Positions 54,146-62,466 of a stretch of DNA of 64,000 nucleotides are shown here, piece by piece (the stretch's first letter is position 1; every line of letters begins with the position of its first letter). A model generated the notes under the pieces. That model ran no database searches. It worked only from the letters and a program-made list of their open reading frames with translations, and was not told the origin of the DNA. The DNA is taken from assembly GCA_040755755.1 (NCBI GenBank), contig JBFLZW010000031.1, forward strand, positions 64,561-128,560, given 5' to 3'. This stretch comes from a bacterium (GTDB lineage Bacteria; SZUA-182; DTGQ01). A program made the position numbers and the translations under genes.

Positions 54146-54388
54146 ATGTTATACAATGATATTTCCTTAACTGGAGATATGCTCGTAAGATCTGTTAATT
54201 GGAAAAATTACCCTTTTCCGGTTCCGGTAAAAATCATAATTCAAATAATGCCATCAGAGCATCGTGATCTTTTACAATTAGCAGATAGGCTTGGAATACC
54301 AAAACGTGATTTTCACAAAGTGATTAATCAATGGAGTACGGAGCCTCTATATCAATTCATCAGCCCAGTAGGCCAGTTTAATTTTTAA
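54146..54388 (+). CDS. hypothetical 80-aa ORF (may be further IstA-derived sequence)
   Basis: MLYNDISLTGDMLVRSVNWKNYPFPVP... The AT-rich sequence is followed by a good intrinsic terminator, and VRSVxxxxYxFPVP faintly recalls IstA. There is no functional call. Confidence 0.3.
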   Translation: MLYNDISLTGDMLVRSVNWKNYPFPVPVKIIIQIMPSEHRDLLQLADRLGIPKRDFHKVINQWSTEPLYQFISPVGQFNF

Positions 54389-54396
54389 TGATAAGC

Positions 54397-54427
54397 GTCA
54401 CCAATTTTAAATTTTTGGTGACTTTTT
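54397..54427 (+). terminator. rho-independent terminator
   Basis: Stem GTCACCAA (54397-54404) / TTGGTGAC (54415-54422), followed by TTTTT (54423-54427). Confidence 0.5.
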
Positions 54428-54435
54428 GGTGACTT

Positions 54436-54472
54436 AAACACAAAAGGGTTACCGACTCTAATCAGTAACCCC
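54436..54472 (-). terminator. rho-independent terminator downstream of tRNA-Thr
   Basis: On the minus strand, GGGTTAC (loop 12 nt) GTAACCC is followed by TTTTGTGTTT, 14 nt after the tRNA 3' end. Confidence 0.5.
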
Positions 54473-54485
54473 TTGAGTTTACTGA

Positions 54486-54557
54486 AGCCGGCGATGGGAT
54501 TCGAACCCGCGGCCTGCTGATTACGAATCAGCTGCTCTACCCCTGAGCTACGCCGGC
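54486..54557 (-). tRNA. tRNA-Thr (anticodon CGU)
   Basis: The minus strand reads GCCGGCG TA GCTC AGGGGTA GAGC A GCTGA TTCGTAA TCAGC AGGCC GCGGG TTCGAAT CCCAT CGCCGGC T. It folds as a cloverleaf with a 7-bp acceptor stem and a GTTCGAAT T-loop. The T-stem has one C-A mismatch and one G-U pair. CCA is not encoded. Confidence 0.88.
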
Positions 54558-54658
54558 GATTACCTGCACATTCAACATCGATGAAGTGGCGAATGATTAT
54601 CCTTCAACCCTGAACGCTATTATACTCAAGCATCAGGATCTAAGGCAAGAGAAAAAAC

Positions 54659-55246
54659 TCAGTCAGCCCGGCGAAGATGGTACTGGTTCATGATTTCCTG
54701 TTTGCTCAACAGCGCCTCTACCGGGACACCTGCCTCCCGGATTCGCTCCAGCCCGTTTTCTTCCTGCCGGTCGATTAAAACGATTGCTTTTTCGACCAGG
54801 AGGCCATTGGCCCTGGCCCGTTCAATGGCCGTGATGGTCGATTGTCCGGTGGTAACTACGTCATCAACCACCACCACCCGGTCTGCGGGATGCAGGTCTC
54901 CCTCGATTTCCCGCTGCAAACCGTGATCTTTTTTCAATTTGCGGACGATGAAAGCTTTAATATTCTGTTGATGTTGATACGCGACACTCATGACTGCATA
55001 GGCGATGGGGTCTGCTCCAAGAGTCAGTCCGCCAATGCCCTGGATGTTAAGATCCCGTATCATGGCAAAAATCAGATGGCCGATACAATCCATTCCCTCC
55101 GGAATCAAGGTTACTTTCCGGCAGTCAAGATAATAATTGCTTGTCTTCCCGGAGGACAGCATGAAGGGCTTGTCTTCGCTGTAGTTGAAGGCCCGATCCA
55201 AAACCAGATTCAATAATCTTTCCTTCATCTCTTTCACGGTTTTCAT
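54659..55246 (-). CDS. pyrE: orotate phosphoribosyltransferase
   Basis: 195 aa with SSGKTSNYYLDCRK and the PRPP-binding motif VVVVDDVVTTGQS. Confidence 0.9.
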   Translation of the reverse strand: MKTVKEMKERLLNLVLDRAFNYSEDKPFMLSSGKTSNYYLDCRKVTLIPEGMDCIGHLIFAMIRDLNIQGIGGLTLGADPIAYAVMSVAYQHQQNIKAFIVRKLKKDHGLQREIEGDLHPADRVVVVDDVVTTGQSTITAIERARANGLLVEKAIVLIDRQEENGLERIREAGVPVEALLSKQEIMNQYHLRRAD

Positions 55247-55317
55247 GAACCTTTCTTCTTGTTTTTCAGGAACATTCTTTCTTATAACATTCTTTCTTAT
55301 GAGGAGGAAAGAGCACG

Positions 55318-57054
55318 TTAGAAAAATTCCGGGAATTTAGAGCTCATTTCTCTCAAGACAAATTCCTCGATTTCTTTGGCCGTCGAGAAAGACATGGCCT
55401 TGTAGGCAAGCTCCGTAGCCTGCTCCAGCCGGACGGAACGGACAATCTGCTTGATGATCGGGATCGAAGCCGTGTTCATGCTGAACTCATCCAGCTCCAA
55501 CCCTAACAGAATCAAAGTCGATAGCGGATCCCCTGCCATTTCTCCGCACATCCCTACCGGGATGCCCTCGGAGTGCCCTGCCTCCACCGTGCGCTTGATC
55601 AATCGAAGAACAGCCGGGTGCAGCGGCTCATACAGGTAGGCCACATGCTCGTTTCCCCGGTCGATGGCGATGGAATACTGGATCAGATCGTTGGTGCCGA
55701 TGCTGAAAAAATCTGCCTCCTTGGCCAGCAGGTCAGCGGTAATTGAAGCCGAGGGGATTTCGATCATTACGCCGACCGGGATGTCCTCGTCAAAATAAAT
55801 TCCCTCCGACGACAACTCGTCCTTGACTTCGGCCAGAATGAGATTGGCCTGCTGGAGTTCCTCGATACCGGAGATCATGGGGTACATGATGCGCAGTTTT
55901 CCATAGGCACTGGCCCGCAGAATTGCCCGCAACTGGAGGCGGAACAGGTCGGAGTGCTTCAGGGAGAACCGGATGGCGCGAAGGCCCAACACAGGGTTCG
56001 GCTCATCCATGACGTGCAGCTTGGATTCGATCTTGTCACCTCCAAGATCCAGGGTGCGGATAGTTGCCTGTCGGGGACTCACCTGCTCAGCCAGCCGCTT
56101 GTAGACACGGAAATGGTCTTCCTCCGTGGGTAATTTGGGGCTGTTCATATAGAAAAACTCGGTCCGGTACAATCCGATCCCTTCCGCTCCCCGGCTCAGT
56201 ACATGGGGAATATCATCCAGGAATTCGATATTGGCCATGATTTCTATTTTATATCCATCCAGGGTTTCGGCCGGCTGGTCAGTATATTTCAAAAGCTCCT
56301 GAATGACATATTTGAATCTGCGCTGCTTTTCCAGATAATCGCGAAACTCTTCCGGGGTCGGTTTGACGATAACCACCCCATCGGTCCCATCGATGATGAT
56401 CGGATCTCCGGTCTTGACAAAGGTGCAGATGTTCTCCAGACCTACCACTGCCGGGATTTCCAGCGAACGGGCCATAATGGCCGTATGTGAAGTCCGGGCC
56501 CCAAGGTCCGTGGCGAAGCCGATTACCCTCCCCCGGTGCATCTGAGCGGTATCGGCTGGTGACAAATCGTGGGCAACAACGATAACATCCTCCTCAAACC
56601 CGTCGAGGCTCCTCATTTTTTCCCCTACCAGGTTATGCAGGATCCTTTGCCCTACGTGTTCGATGTCACTTTTGCGCTCCTTCATGTACGGATCTTCGAT
56701 CTGGTCAAAAATATTGGCGAACCGGGTCAATACCTTTCGTAATGCCCACTCGGCATTGACCCGTTCTTCCCTGACGATATTTATGGCTTCATTAACCAGC
56801 ATCTCATCTTCGAGAATAAGAATGTGGACATCCACGATATGAGCATGCCCCTGGTCACCAAGGTCGTGGGTGAGTTTCTCCTTTACCTGCAAGAGCTGCT
56901 CGCGGGATTTTTGCAGGGCATCCATGAATCGGGCGACTTCTTCCTCGACCATGTCACCAGCGATGGTAAATTTTTCAACCTTGATTTTTCTTCTATCCAG
57001 TAAAAAAGCTTTACCGATGCTGATGCCTGGTGATACCCCTACTCCTTTCAGCAT
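55318..57054 (-). CDS. ptsI: phosphoenolpyruvate-protein phosphotransferase (PTS enzyme I)
   Basis: 578 aa with the GARTSHTAIMARSLEIPAV active-site His, FFSIGTNDLIQY and GMCGEMAG motifs. Confidence 0.94.
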   Translation of the reverse strand: MLKGVGVSPGISIGKAFLLDRRKIKVEKFTIAGDMVEEEVARFMDALQKSREQLLQVKEKLTHDLGDQGHAHIVDVHILILEDEMLVNEAINIVREERVNAEWALRKVLTRFANIFDQIEDPYMKERKSDIEHVGQRILHNLVGEKMRSLDGFEEDVIVVAHDLSPADTAQMHRGRVIGFATDLGARTSHTAIMARSLEIPAVVGLENICTFVKTGDPIIIDGTDGVVIVKPTPEEFRDYLEKQRRFKYVIQELLKYTDQPAETLDGYKIEIMANIEFLDDIPHVLSRGAEGIGLYRTEFFYMNSPKLPTEEDHFRVYKRLAEQVSPRQATIRTLDLGGDKIESKLHVMDEPNPVLGLRAIRFSLKHSDLFRLQLRAILRASAYGKLRIMYPMISGIEELQQANLILAEVKDELSSEGIYFDEDIPVGVMIEIPSASITADLLAKEADFFSIGTNDLIQYSIAIDRGNEHVAYLYEPLHPAVLRLIKRTVEAGHSEGIPVGMCGEMAGDPLSTLILLGLELDEFSMNTASIPIIKQIVRSVRLEQATELAYKAMSFSTAKEIEEFVLREMSSKFPEFF

Positions 57055-57094
57055 TAAAAATCAGCCTCCCTGCTTTGACCTCAATCTTGAGGTA

Positions 57095-57173
57095 AGAATC
57101 CAGAATCCAGGAGTCAGAAGTCAGAAGTCAGAATAAATACTCTTTTCTCCTGGCTCCTGACTCCTGACTCCTG
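57095..57173. repeat. heptanucleotide tandem-repeat hairpin in the ptsH-ptsI spacer
   Basis: AGAATCC AGAATCC AGGAGTC AGAAGTC AGAAGTC AGAATAA occupy 57095-57136. The complementary units TTCTCCT GGCTCCT GACTCCT GACTCCT occupy 57145-57172. A 26-bp stem forms between 57108-57133 and 57148-57173. Confidence 0.75.
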
Positions 57174-57179
57174 TCTTTT

Positions 57180-57449
57180 TTAATTTTTTTCCCCGAATTT
57201 ATCTTCAATCAGTTCTATCAGCTTTGTCAGAAGCTCCTGCGCATCGGAACCATTCACATCGACCAACAGCTCACTGCCCAGTGGAGCATCCAGGGTCAAT
57301 ATTCCGAGGAGGCTTTTCCCATTGGCCGTAACGTCCCCTTTCTGAATGGTTATTTCTGAAGTATACTTATTGGCCAGATTGACAATCTGACTGGCAGCTC
57401 GTGCATGTAAGCCCAACTTATTTTTAATAAATACTGTCTGCTTTGGCAT
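57180..57449 (-). CDS. ptsH: phosphocarrier protein HPr
   Basis: 89 aa with the GLHARAA His15 site and the GKSLLGILTL Ser46 region. Confidence 0.9.
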   Translation of the reverse strand: MPKQTVFIKNKLGLHARAASQIVNLANKYTSEITIQKGDVTANGKSLLGILTLDAPLGSELLVDVNGSDAQELLTKLIELIEDKFGEKN

Positions 57450-57512
57450 ATCTTCCCCCGGCAGATTGACGAGCGGATGAGAACCACAAAGAGAGAATGT
57501 TATACTTTATAC

Positions 57513-58298
57513 CTATATGATATTCAATAATCCTAACAAGATACAAGTGCTGCTGGTAATAAGCAATACTTTAATCAAGGTAATCTTTCGACGAAAAAGC
57601 TCTGAAATTACGAGAACTCCGAACAGTAATCCCAGCTTGTCCAGTGCACTGCGCCATGGCCACACTGGTTTACAATCCCATTTTATCACAACTGGGATCA
57701 TCGCTCCAAGAACAATCATCAGAAAAGATTTCAGATAAGCGCTGTATCGGAATAAATCGTACTTTCGAATCCTTTCCACAATTCTCCTCTCAAGAACATA
57801 ACCCTGCCAAAAGCCGAAAAATTTTACGTAGAAGTGAGGGATATTGTAGATGAGAAGGAAGGCAAGGGGAGCATATTCCCAGCCGGCCAGGGCCAGAGCG
57901 GCAGCCAGGACGCCAAGGAACGGCCGCCAGGAAGCCCAGAAAAAAGAATCCCCCAAAGCGCCCATCGGCCCCATCATTGCCTTTTTAAACGTCAGGATGT
58001 CTTCTGTCCGGATACCTTCGCCCTGAGCATGTTTTTCCTCCATTTTAATAATAGCCCCCAGAACAAAAGAGGCCATATAGGGGTGGGAATTGTAGAACTC
58101 AAGATGCCGCAGCAGGGCTGCCTCCCGTTCTTTCCGGTCCGGGTAAATTCTCCGGAGGGCAGGAAGAGCGGAAAAGGTAAAACCGAGATTTTGCATTTTC
58201 CTGAAATTCCAGCTCCCCTGGAAGATAAACGAACGAAAAACAACCCGGAGTAAATCGACCTTCCGCAGGCAGACAGCGCTTTGTGTACGTGATTTCAC
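57513..58298 (-). CDS. PTS mannose/fructose/sorbose-family IID component
   Basis: 261 aa. FRSFIFQGSWNFRKMQNLGFTFSALPALRRIY and FYNSHPYMASFVLG are typical of EIID. Confidence 0.85.
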   Translation of the reverse strand: MKSRTQSAVCLRKVDLLRVVFRSFIFQGSWNFRKMQNLGFTFSALPALRRIYPDRKEREAALLRHLEFYNSHPYMASFVLGAIIKMEEKHAQGEGIRTEDILTFKKAMMGPMGALGDSFFWASWRPFLGVLAAALALAGWEYAPLAFLLIYNIPHFYVKFFGFWQGYVLERRIVERIRKYDLFRYSAYLKSFLMIVLGAMIPVVIKWDCKPVWPWRSALDKLGLLFGVLVISELFRRKITLIKVLLITSSTCILLGLLNII

Positions 58299-58299
58299 A

Positions 58300-59085
58300 T
58301 TACCCCCTGCTCCACTTTCCCTTTATGGATTCCTTCAATCCATACAGCACACTCAGAAGGAGGGACGGGACCCCAAAGGCCATCCAGCACGGAAGAGGCC
58401 AGAGAGAGGAAAGCAGTGTGGCCAACAGAAAGCTCAAGGCAAACAGCCAGTACATATCTTTACTGCGAAAGGCATCGAAGAGCAGGGCGATGCCAATCAT
58501 CGGATAGGCAAAATACAAAAGCTTTAATCCACGATATAATCCCGGGGGAAATAAGGGGGCAATCCGCTGGAGAAGCGGGACGGTAATGAGCAGACTTATC
58601 AGGCACAGGCTGAATGAGCGAAGATAGAACAACCCGATCCCGCTGAAGTGGAGAAGATCGATTTTCCTTGATGTTTTTCCCGTGACCGCTGCCTGGACCT
58701 GATCGCAGATCCTGCCATTGGCCTTTCTGACCAGGATGCTCACCCGCTGGGCAAGGATCGAGAAGGGGATCGCCAATAAAATGGCCAGGCTGATCAGGGA
58801 CTCGCGGGAGCCTGGAAAAAATGGCCCGGCCAAAAGGCAGATTCCGGCAGCAATAACTGCTGCCATCGATCCGTCCAGGGGGACTGAACATCCGATCGGC
58901 AAAAGGTAAACCATCATAAGCTCAAGGAATGCCCCTATCACCAGTCCGGCATGCAAATCTCCAAACATCCATCCAAGCAGAGGAGCAGCCACAACCGGCT
59001 GCGAAATCATTATTTGAGTCAGCGAAACATCATCTAAATTTATCAGCCCGCCGATGAGACTGATTTCAAGGATTTGCTGAATCAC
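58300..59085 (-). CDS. PTS mannose-family IIC component
   Basis: 261 aa, polytopic. NLDDVSLTQIMISQPVVAAPLLGWMFGDLHAGLVIGAFLELMMVY matches the EIIC-Man N-terminal signature. It is adjacent to IID. Confidence 0.8.
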   Translation of the reverse strand: MIQQILEISLIGGLINLDDVSLTQIMISQPVVAAPLLGWMFGDLHAGLVIGAFLELMMVYLLPIGCSVPLDGSMAAVIAAGICLLAGPFFPGSRESLISLAILLAIPFSILAQRVSILVRKANGRICDQVQAAVTGKTSRKIDLLHFSGIGLFYLRSFSLCLISLLITVPLLQRIAPLFPPGLYRGLKLLYFAYPMIGIALLFDAFRSKDMYWLFALSFLLATLLSSLWPLPCWMAFGVPSLLLSVLYGLKESIKGKWSRG

Positions 59086-59120
59086 CCTAACCTCTTAATC
59101 CTGAGCCTTGCATTGATTTA

Positions 59121-59176
59121 AGTGGTCAGTGGCCAGTAATTAGTGACCAGTGGTCAGTAAAAAACTGATAACTGAT
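59121..59176. repeat. heptanucleotide tandem-repeat array (GH57 / IIC spacer)
   Basis: AGTGGTC AGTGGCC AGTAATT AGTGACC AGTGGTC AGTAAAA AACTGAT AACTGAT. The unit is the same as at 47449-47483. Confidence 0.75.
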
Positions 59177-59189
59177 ACTTCTCTCTTGC

Positions 59190-61367
59190 CTAGTTATGGC
59201 TGTAATTGGAAACCTGCATCCGGAAGCGGCAGGTCCATCCCTCCCCTGCGGCTAAGTTGATATCCCAGTAGGGAAGGATAACCGAGCTCTGATAAACTCT
59301 TTCAAACCCTGATTCAGAATTTGAGGCGGTTTCGATCGGGAATCTCCAGATGCCGGGGTAGTCAGCAAAATCGAAAGAGACAATCAGACCAAGGGCTTCA
59401 TCCACCAGTTGAATCTGCTCGACCTGCTCCAGGGTTCCCCAACTGGCCAGTTGCCGATCCTTGAGGGCAATGCCGGGTACTTGATAATACCTGTCCGCAC
59501 TTCGTCCGGCCAGAAGGTTCACATTGAATTCTACTCCGAATCGGCATCGAACGGTCGATTTCCCTAAATTGACCAGTTGATACTCGAAAGCTAATTCCGA
59601 TTTATCTGCCTGAACCCTCACCGCTTTTTCAACGCGGAATGGGATATGCTCTCCATCGATCAGCAGGGAACCATCCCGGGAAAGAATAAGGTGGAGCATG
59701 TCCTGAGTCGATTGAAGTTGCTGTTTCTGGTAATTTCCGGTAATAAAATCCCCATATTCCTGATGTTGTAACCGGCTGAACTCCTTGAGTGTGGTGACAG
59801 GAGGGAAGAAATGATCGAGCAGGCAGTTGCGGGCATATTGATCATAATAAAGCAGCTCAGCCAGATCCTTTTCCTTGCTGACCGTAATCTCATGGATGCT
59901 CTTTACCCCATAGCTGTCATCCTGATCCACTCCTATGTGTGCTCCCTGCTGCAGTTTCTGGTGATACGTTTCCCGTCTGCGCATGAGAGAGTTGATCAGG
60001 TTAAAGGCTTTTGGCCGGTAGTCCAGTTCGTTGATCGTGCCCCCTGCGTCCATGTCAAGCCAGAACATCAGACTGGATGTTTTGACCAGGATTTCCTCTC
60101 TTCCGTCGCCATCCATGTCCACTGGCAGGCAATCGATCCAGCTCTCCGTCGGATGAAGCCGCTCATCGATGATGTTCTCTGCCTTGATCAGGTGATTATA
60201 GACTCCATCCCGCAAATGCGGGAGGTAGAGCCCGCCAAAAAGGCCGTGCCAGTAAGCATCATTGCATTGGCCTTTCCAGAGCTCATCCCGTGCCCGATCC
60301 AGCCATTGCTGAGAAGAATCCGCGGATGCCCCTTTACTCTGATACTGTTCGATCTGCTTACTCACCCAGAGCATTTTCTGATAGAGGTTGTTGCTCTCCG
60401 AATACTTGCTCAAAAAGTTGCGCCAGAAACCTCCCTTGACAAAGGGTTTGGCTCTCTGAGGGAACTCTTTGGTATTACTGATCATTCTTTCCAGAGCAAT
60501 AAATTCCTCCGCCGTCTGGATCGGCAGTGCCCACTCCTCCATCTCCGAATACGAGGCGGTCGGCAAATAAACTTTTCCCAGCGGAGGAAACTTGTCCACA
60601 TATTCGCCGTAAGTTATTGTTTCAAGAACATCCTGATTTTCTTCAACCAGGCTGAAGAACTGATCCAGCCAGCCCTGATTATAAACCAGATCATAGGTAC
60701 CCGGCCAGACACCGAATTTTTCTCCGTCATCGGCCATAACCCGCAGATTCCCCCTCCCCCGGTTTTCATGCAGCAGATAATCGATCGTCATCCGGGGGGA
60801 TTTAAATGGAATCGTATATCGCAGATACTTGCTGCCGGGGAAGACTTTCAGCAGGTTTCCCTGCTCCTCGGTAAGGTAATAACCCCACAGTTCCTCTTCA
60901 CGAATGCCGGCGGATCGAAAATGCAGGTCATCTACCGCCAGATACTCAATTTCAGCCTCTCGAATGTAGCGCACCAGATGCGGCTCCCACACCCGCTCGG
61001 CCAGCCACATGCCCCTCGGTGTGGTATGAAAGCGTTCTTTGAGAAACCGGTTCAATTTTTTAATCTGGCCAACCTTATCCACATCCGGGAGAATCGGTAA
61101 AATCGGTTCATAATAGCCGCCGCTCAATAATTCTACCTGTCCCCGCTCGATCATGTCAGCCACGATATCCAAAAGAGGAGAGGATTTTTCCAAAAACCAG
61201 TTCCAGAGTGTTCCTGAATAGTGGAGACTTATCTTGATTCCGGGATGTCTTTTCAACACCTCCCAAAAGGGAAAATATGCTTTCTGGTAACATCCTTCGA
61301 AAACAAAATCAAAGTTTCCTATCGGCTGGTGATTATGAATTCCCAAAATAAGGTATTGTTTTTCCAA
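59190..61367 (-). CDS. GH57-family alpha-glucan-active enzyme (4-alpha-glucanotransferase/amylopullulanase-like) with DUF1925/1926-type C-terminal region
   Basis: 725 aa. The N-terminus LILGIHNHQPIGNF carries the GH57 HQP motif. SGGYYEPILP, WLAERVWEP and DDGEKFG (catalytic region) are also present. Confidence 0.88.
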   Translation of the reverse strand: MEKQYLILGIHNHQPIGNFDFVFEGCYQKAYFPFWEVLKRHPGIKISLHYSGTLWNWFLEKSSPLLDIVADMIERGQVELLSGGYYEPILPILPDVDKVGQIKKLNRFLKERFHTTPRGMWLAERVWEPHLVRYIREAEIEYLAVDDLHFRSAGIREEELWGYYLTEEQGNLLKVFPGSKYLRYTIPFKSPRMTIDYLLHENRGRGNLRVMADDGEKFGVWPGTYDLVYNQGWLDQFFSLVEENQDVLETITYGEYVDKFPPLGKVYLPTASYSEMEEWALPIQTAEEFIALERMISNTKEFPQRAKPFVKGGFWRNFLSKYSESNNLYQKMLWVSKQIEQYQSKGASADSSQQWLDRARDELWKGQCNDAYWHGLFGGLYLPHLRDGVYNHLIKAENIIDERLHPTESWIDCLPVDMDGDGREEILVKTSSLMFWLDMDAGGTINELDYRPKAFNLINSLMRRRETYHQKLQQGAHIGVDQDDSYGVKSIHEITVSKEKDLAELLYYDQYARNCLLDHFFPPVTTLKEFSRLQHQEYGDFITGNYQKQQLQSTQDMLHLILSRDGSLLIDGEHIPFRVEKAVRVQADKSELAFEYQLVNLGKSTVRCRFGVEFNVNLLAGRSADRYYQVPGIALKDRQLASWGTLEQVEQIQLVDEALGLIVSFDFADYPGIWRFPIETASNSESGFERVYQSSVILPYWDINLAAGEGWTCRFRMQVSNYSHN

Positions 61368-61426
61368 AATCTATCTCCATCAAAAGTATGAGATACCGTC
61401 AATCTGGCTTTGGCCAGGCTTTGATT

Positions 61427-61921
61427 TTACTTGCGCCCGATTAACTTCTGGTACAGGGGAATGTCCTGCAAATCGATCTGCTTATCCTGAGGGAGAGCAC
61501 GCAAATCCAAATGAACCCCGCTTTTCTGAATGTCCACCAGGTAGGAAGCCTCCTCTGCCTTAATTGCTATGTTGCTCTGAATCTCTATCTCTCCGGAATG
61601 AACACACCCCAGGTTCACTTCCCGGATTGGAAAACCCAGATCCAGGGACCTTTTGAAGTCCTTCAATTTGGAAAACAGGACGATAACATTTTTGTCCGGC
61701 AAATCGTGGCTGAGACATTTTTCTACGGTCAGGGCAATACTGTAAGCTTCTACCTTGATATTTTCCGGTACGGCAAGTTTCATGACTTCCAACCGAAGCT
61801 CATCTTTTTCAACTTCATCATCAGCAACAATAATCATGCTTGCCTTCAGGAATTTCGCCCATCCGACAATCACTTGGCCGTGAATTAATCTTTCATCGAT
61901 CCGTACTAAAACTATCGGCAT
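61427..61921 (-). CDS. PTS mannose-family IIB component
   Basis: 164 aa. MPIVLVRIDERLIHGQV carries the phosphorylatable His. Confidence 0.85.
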   Translation of the reverse strand: MPIVLVRIDERLIHGQVIVGWAKFLKASMIIVADDEVEKDELRLEVMKLAVPENIKVEAYSIALTVEKCLSHDLPDKNVIVLFSKLKDFKRSLDLGFPIREVNLGCVHSGEIEIQSNIAIKAEEASYLVDIQKSGVHLDLRALPQDKQIDLQDIPLYQKLIGRK

Positions 61922-62003
61922 AAATGTATCTACACTTTGTTAAAAAATGAACTAACCGGGGAAAGGGGGTTCTGGACTCAAAGCTTACTGCCAGTACCTG
62001 CCC

Positions 62004-62441
62004 CTATAATTTAACTTTTTTCTCTTCGAGTTTCTTGTTTAAGAGGTCACTGGCGATAATAATCTTTTCCCGACCGTAGATAAAGACGGTCTCTTTGATT
62101 TCCTCCAGGCAGTGCCCTTCACGATACGTAGCCAGCTTTAACAGCATGGGAAGGTTCACGCCCGTAACAACCTCGATACGCTTCGTGGACAAAAAGGATA
62201 AGCTCAGGTTTGAGGGACTTCCTCCGAACATATCCGTTAAAATCAAAACTCCCGAACCGGAATCCACCGCTTCGATGGCTTTCTGTATATCGTGCATCGC
62301 CTGCTCTACCCCGTTTCTCGAATCTACTGAAACGGCCTTCATTTTCGGAAGCGAACCGACAATAAGCTCAGAGCTTTTCAGCAGCTCTTCCGCCAGGTTC
62401 CCGTGAGCGACGATAACTACTCCCACCATGTTATTTTCCAT
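62004..62441 (-). CDS. PTS mannose-family IIA component
   Basis: 145 aa. VGVVIVAHGNLAEEL carries the active-site His, and LTDMFGGSP is present. Confidence 0.85.
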   Translation of the reverse strand: MENNMVGVVIVAHGNLAEELLKSSELIVGSLPKMKAVSVDSRNGVEQAMHDIQKAIEAVDSGSGVLILTDMFGGSPSNLSLSFLSTKRIEVVTGVNLPMLLKLATYREGHCLEEIKETVFIYGREKIIIASDLLNKKLEEKKVKL

Positions 62442-62466
62442 TTTGTCCTCACTTAAGTAGTAAAGC

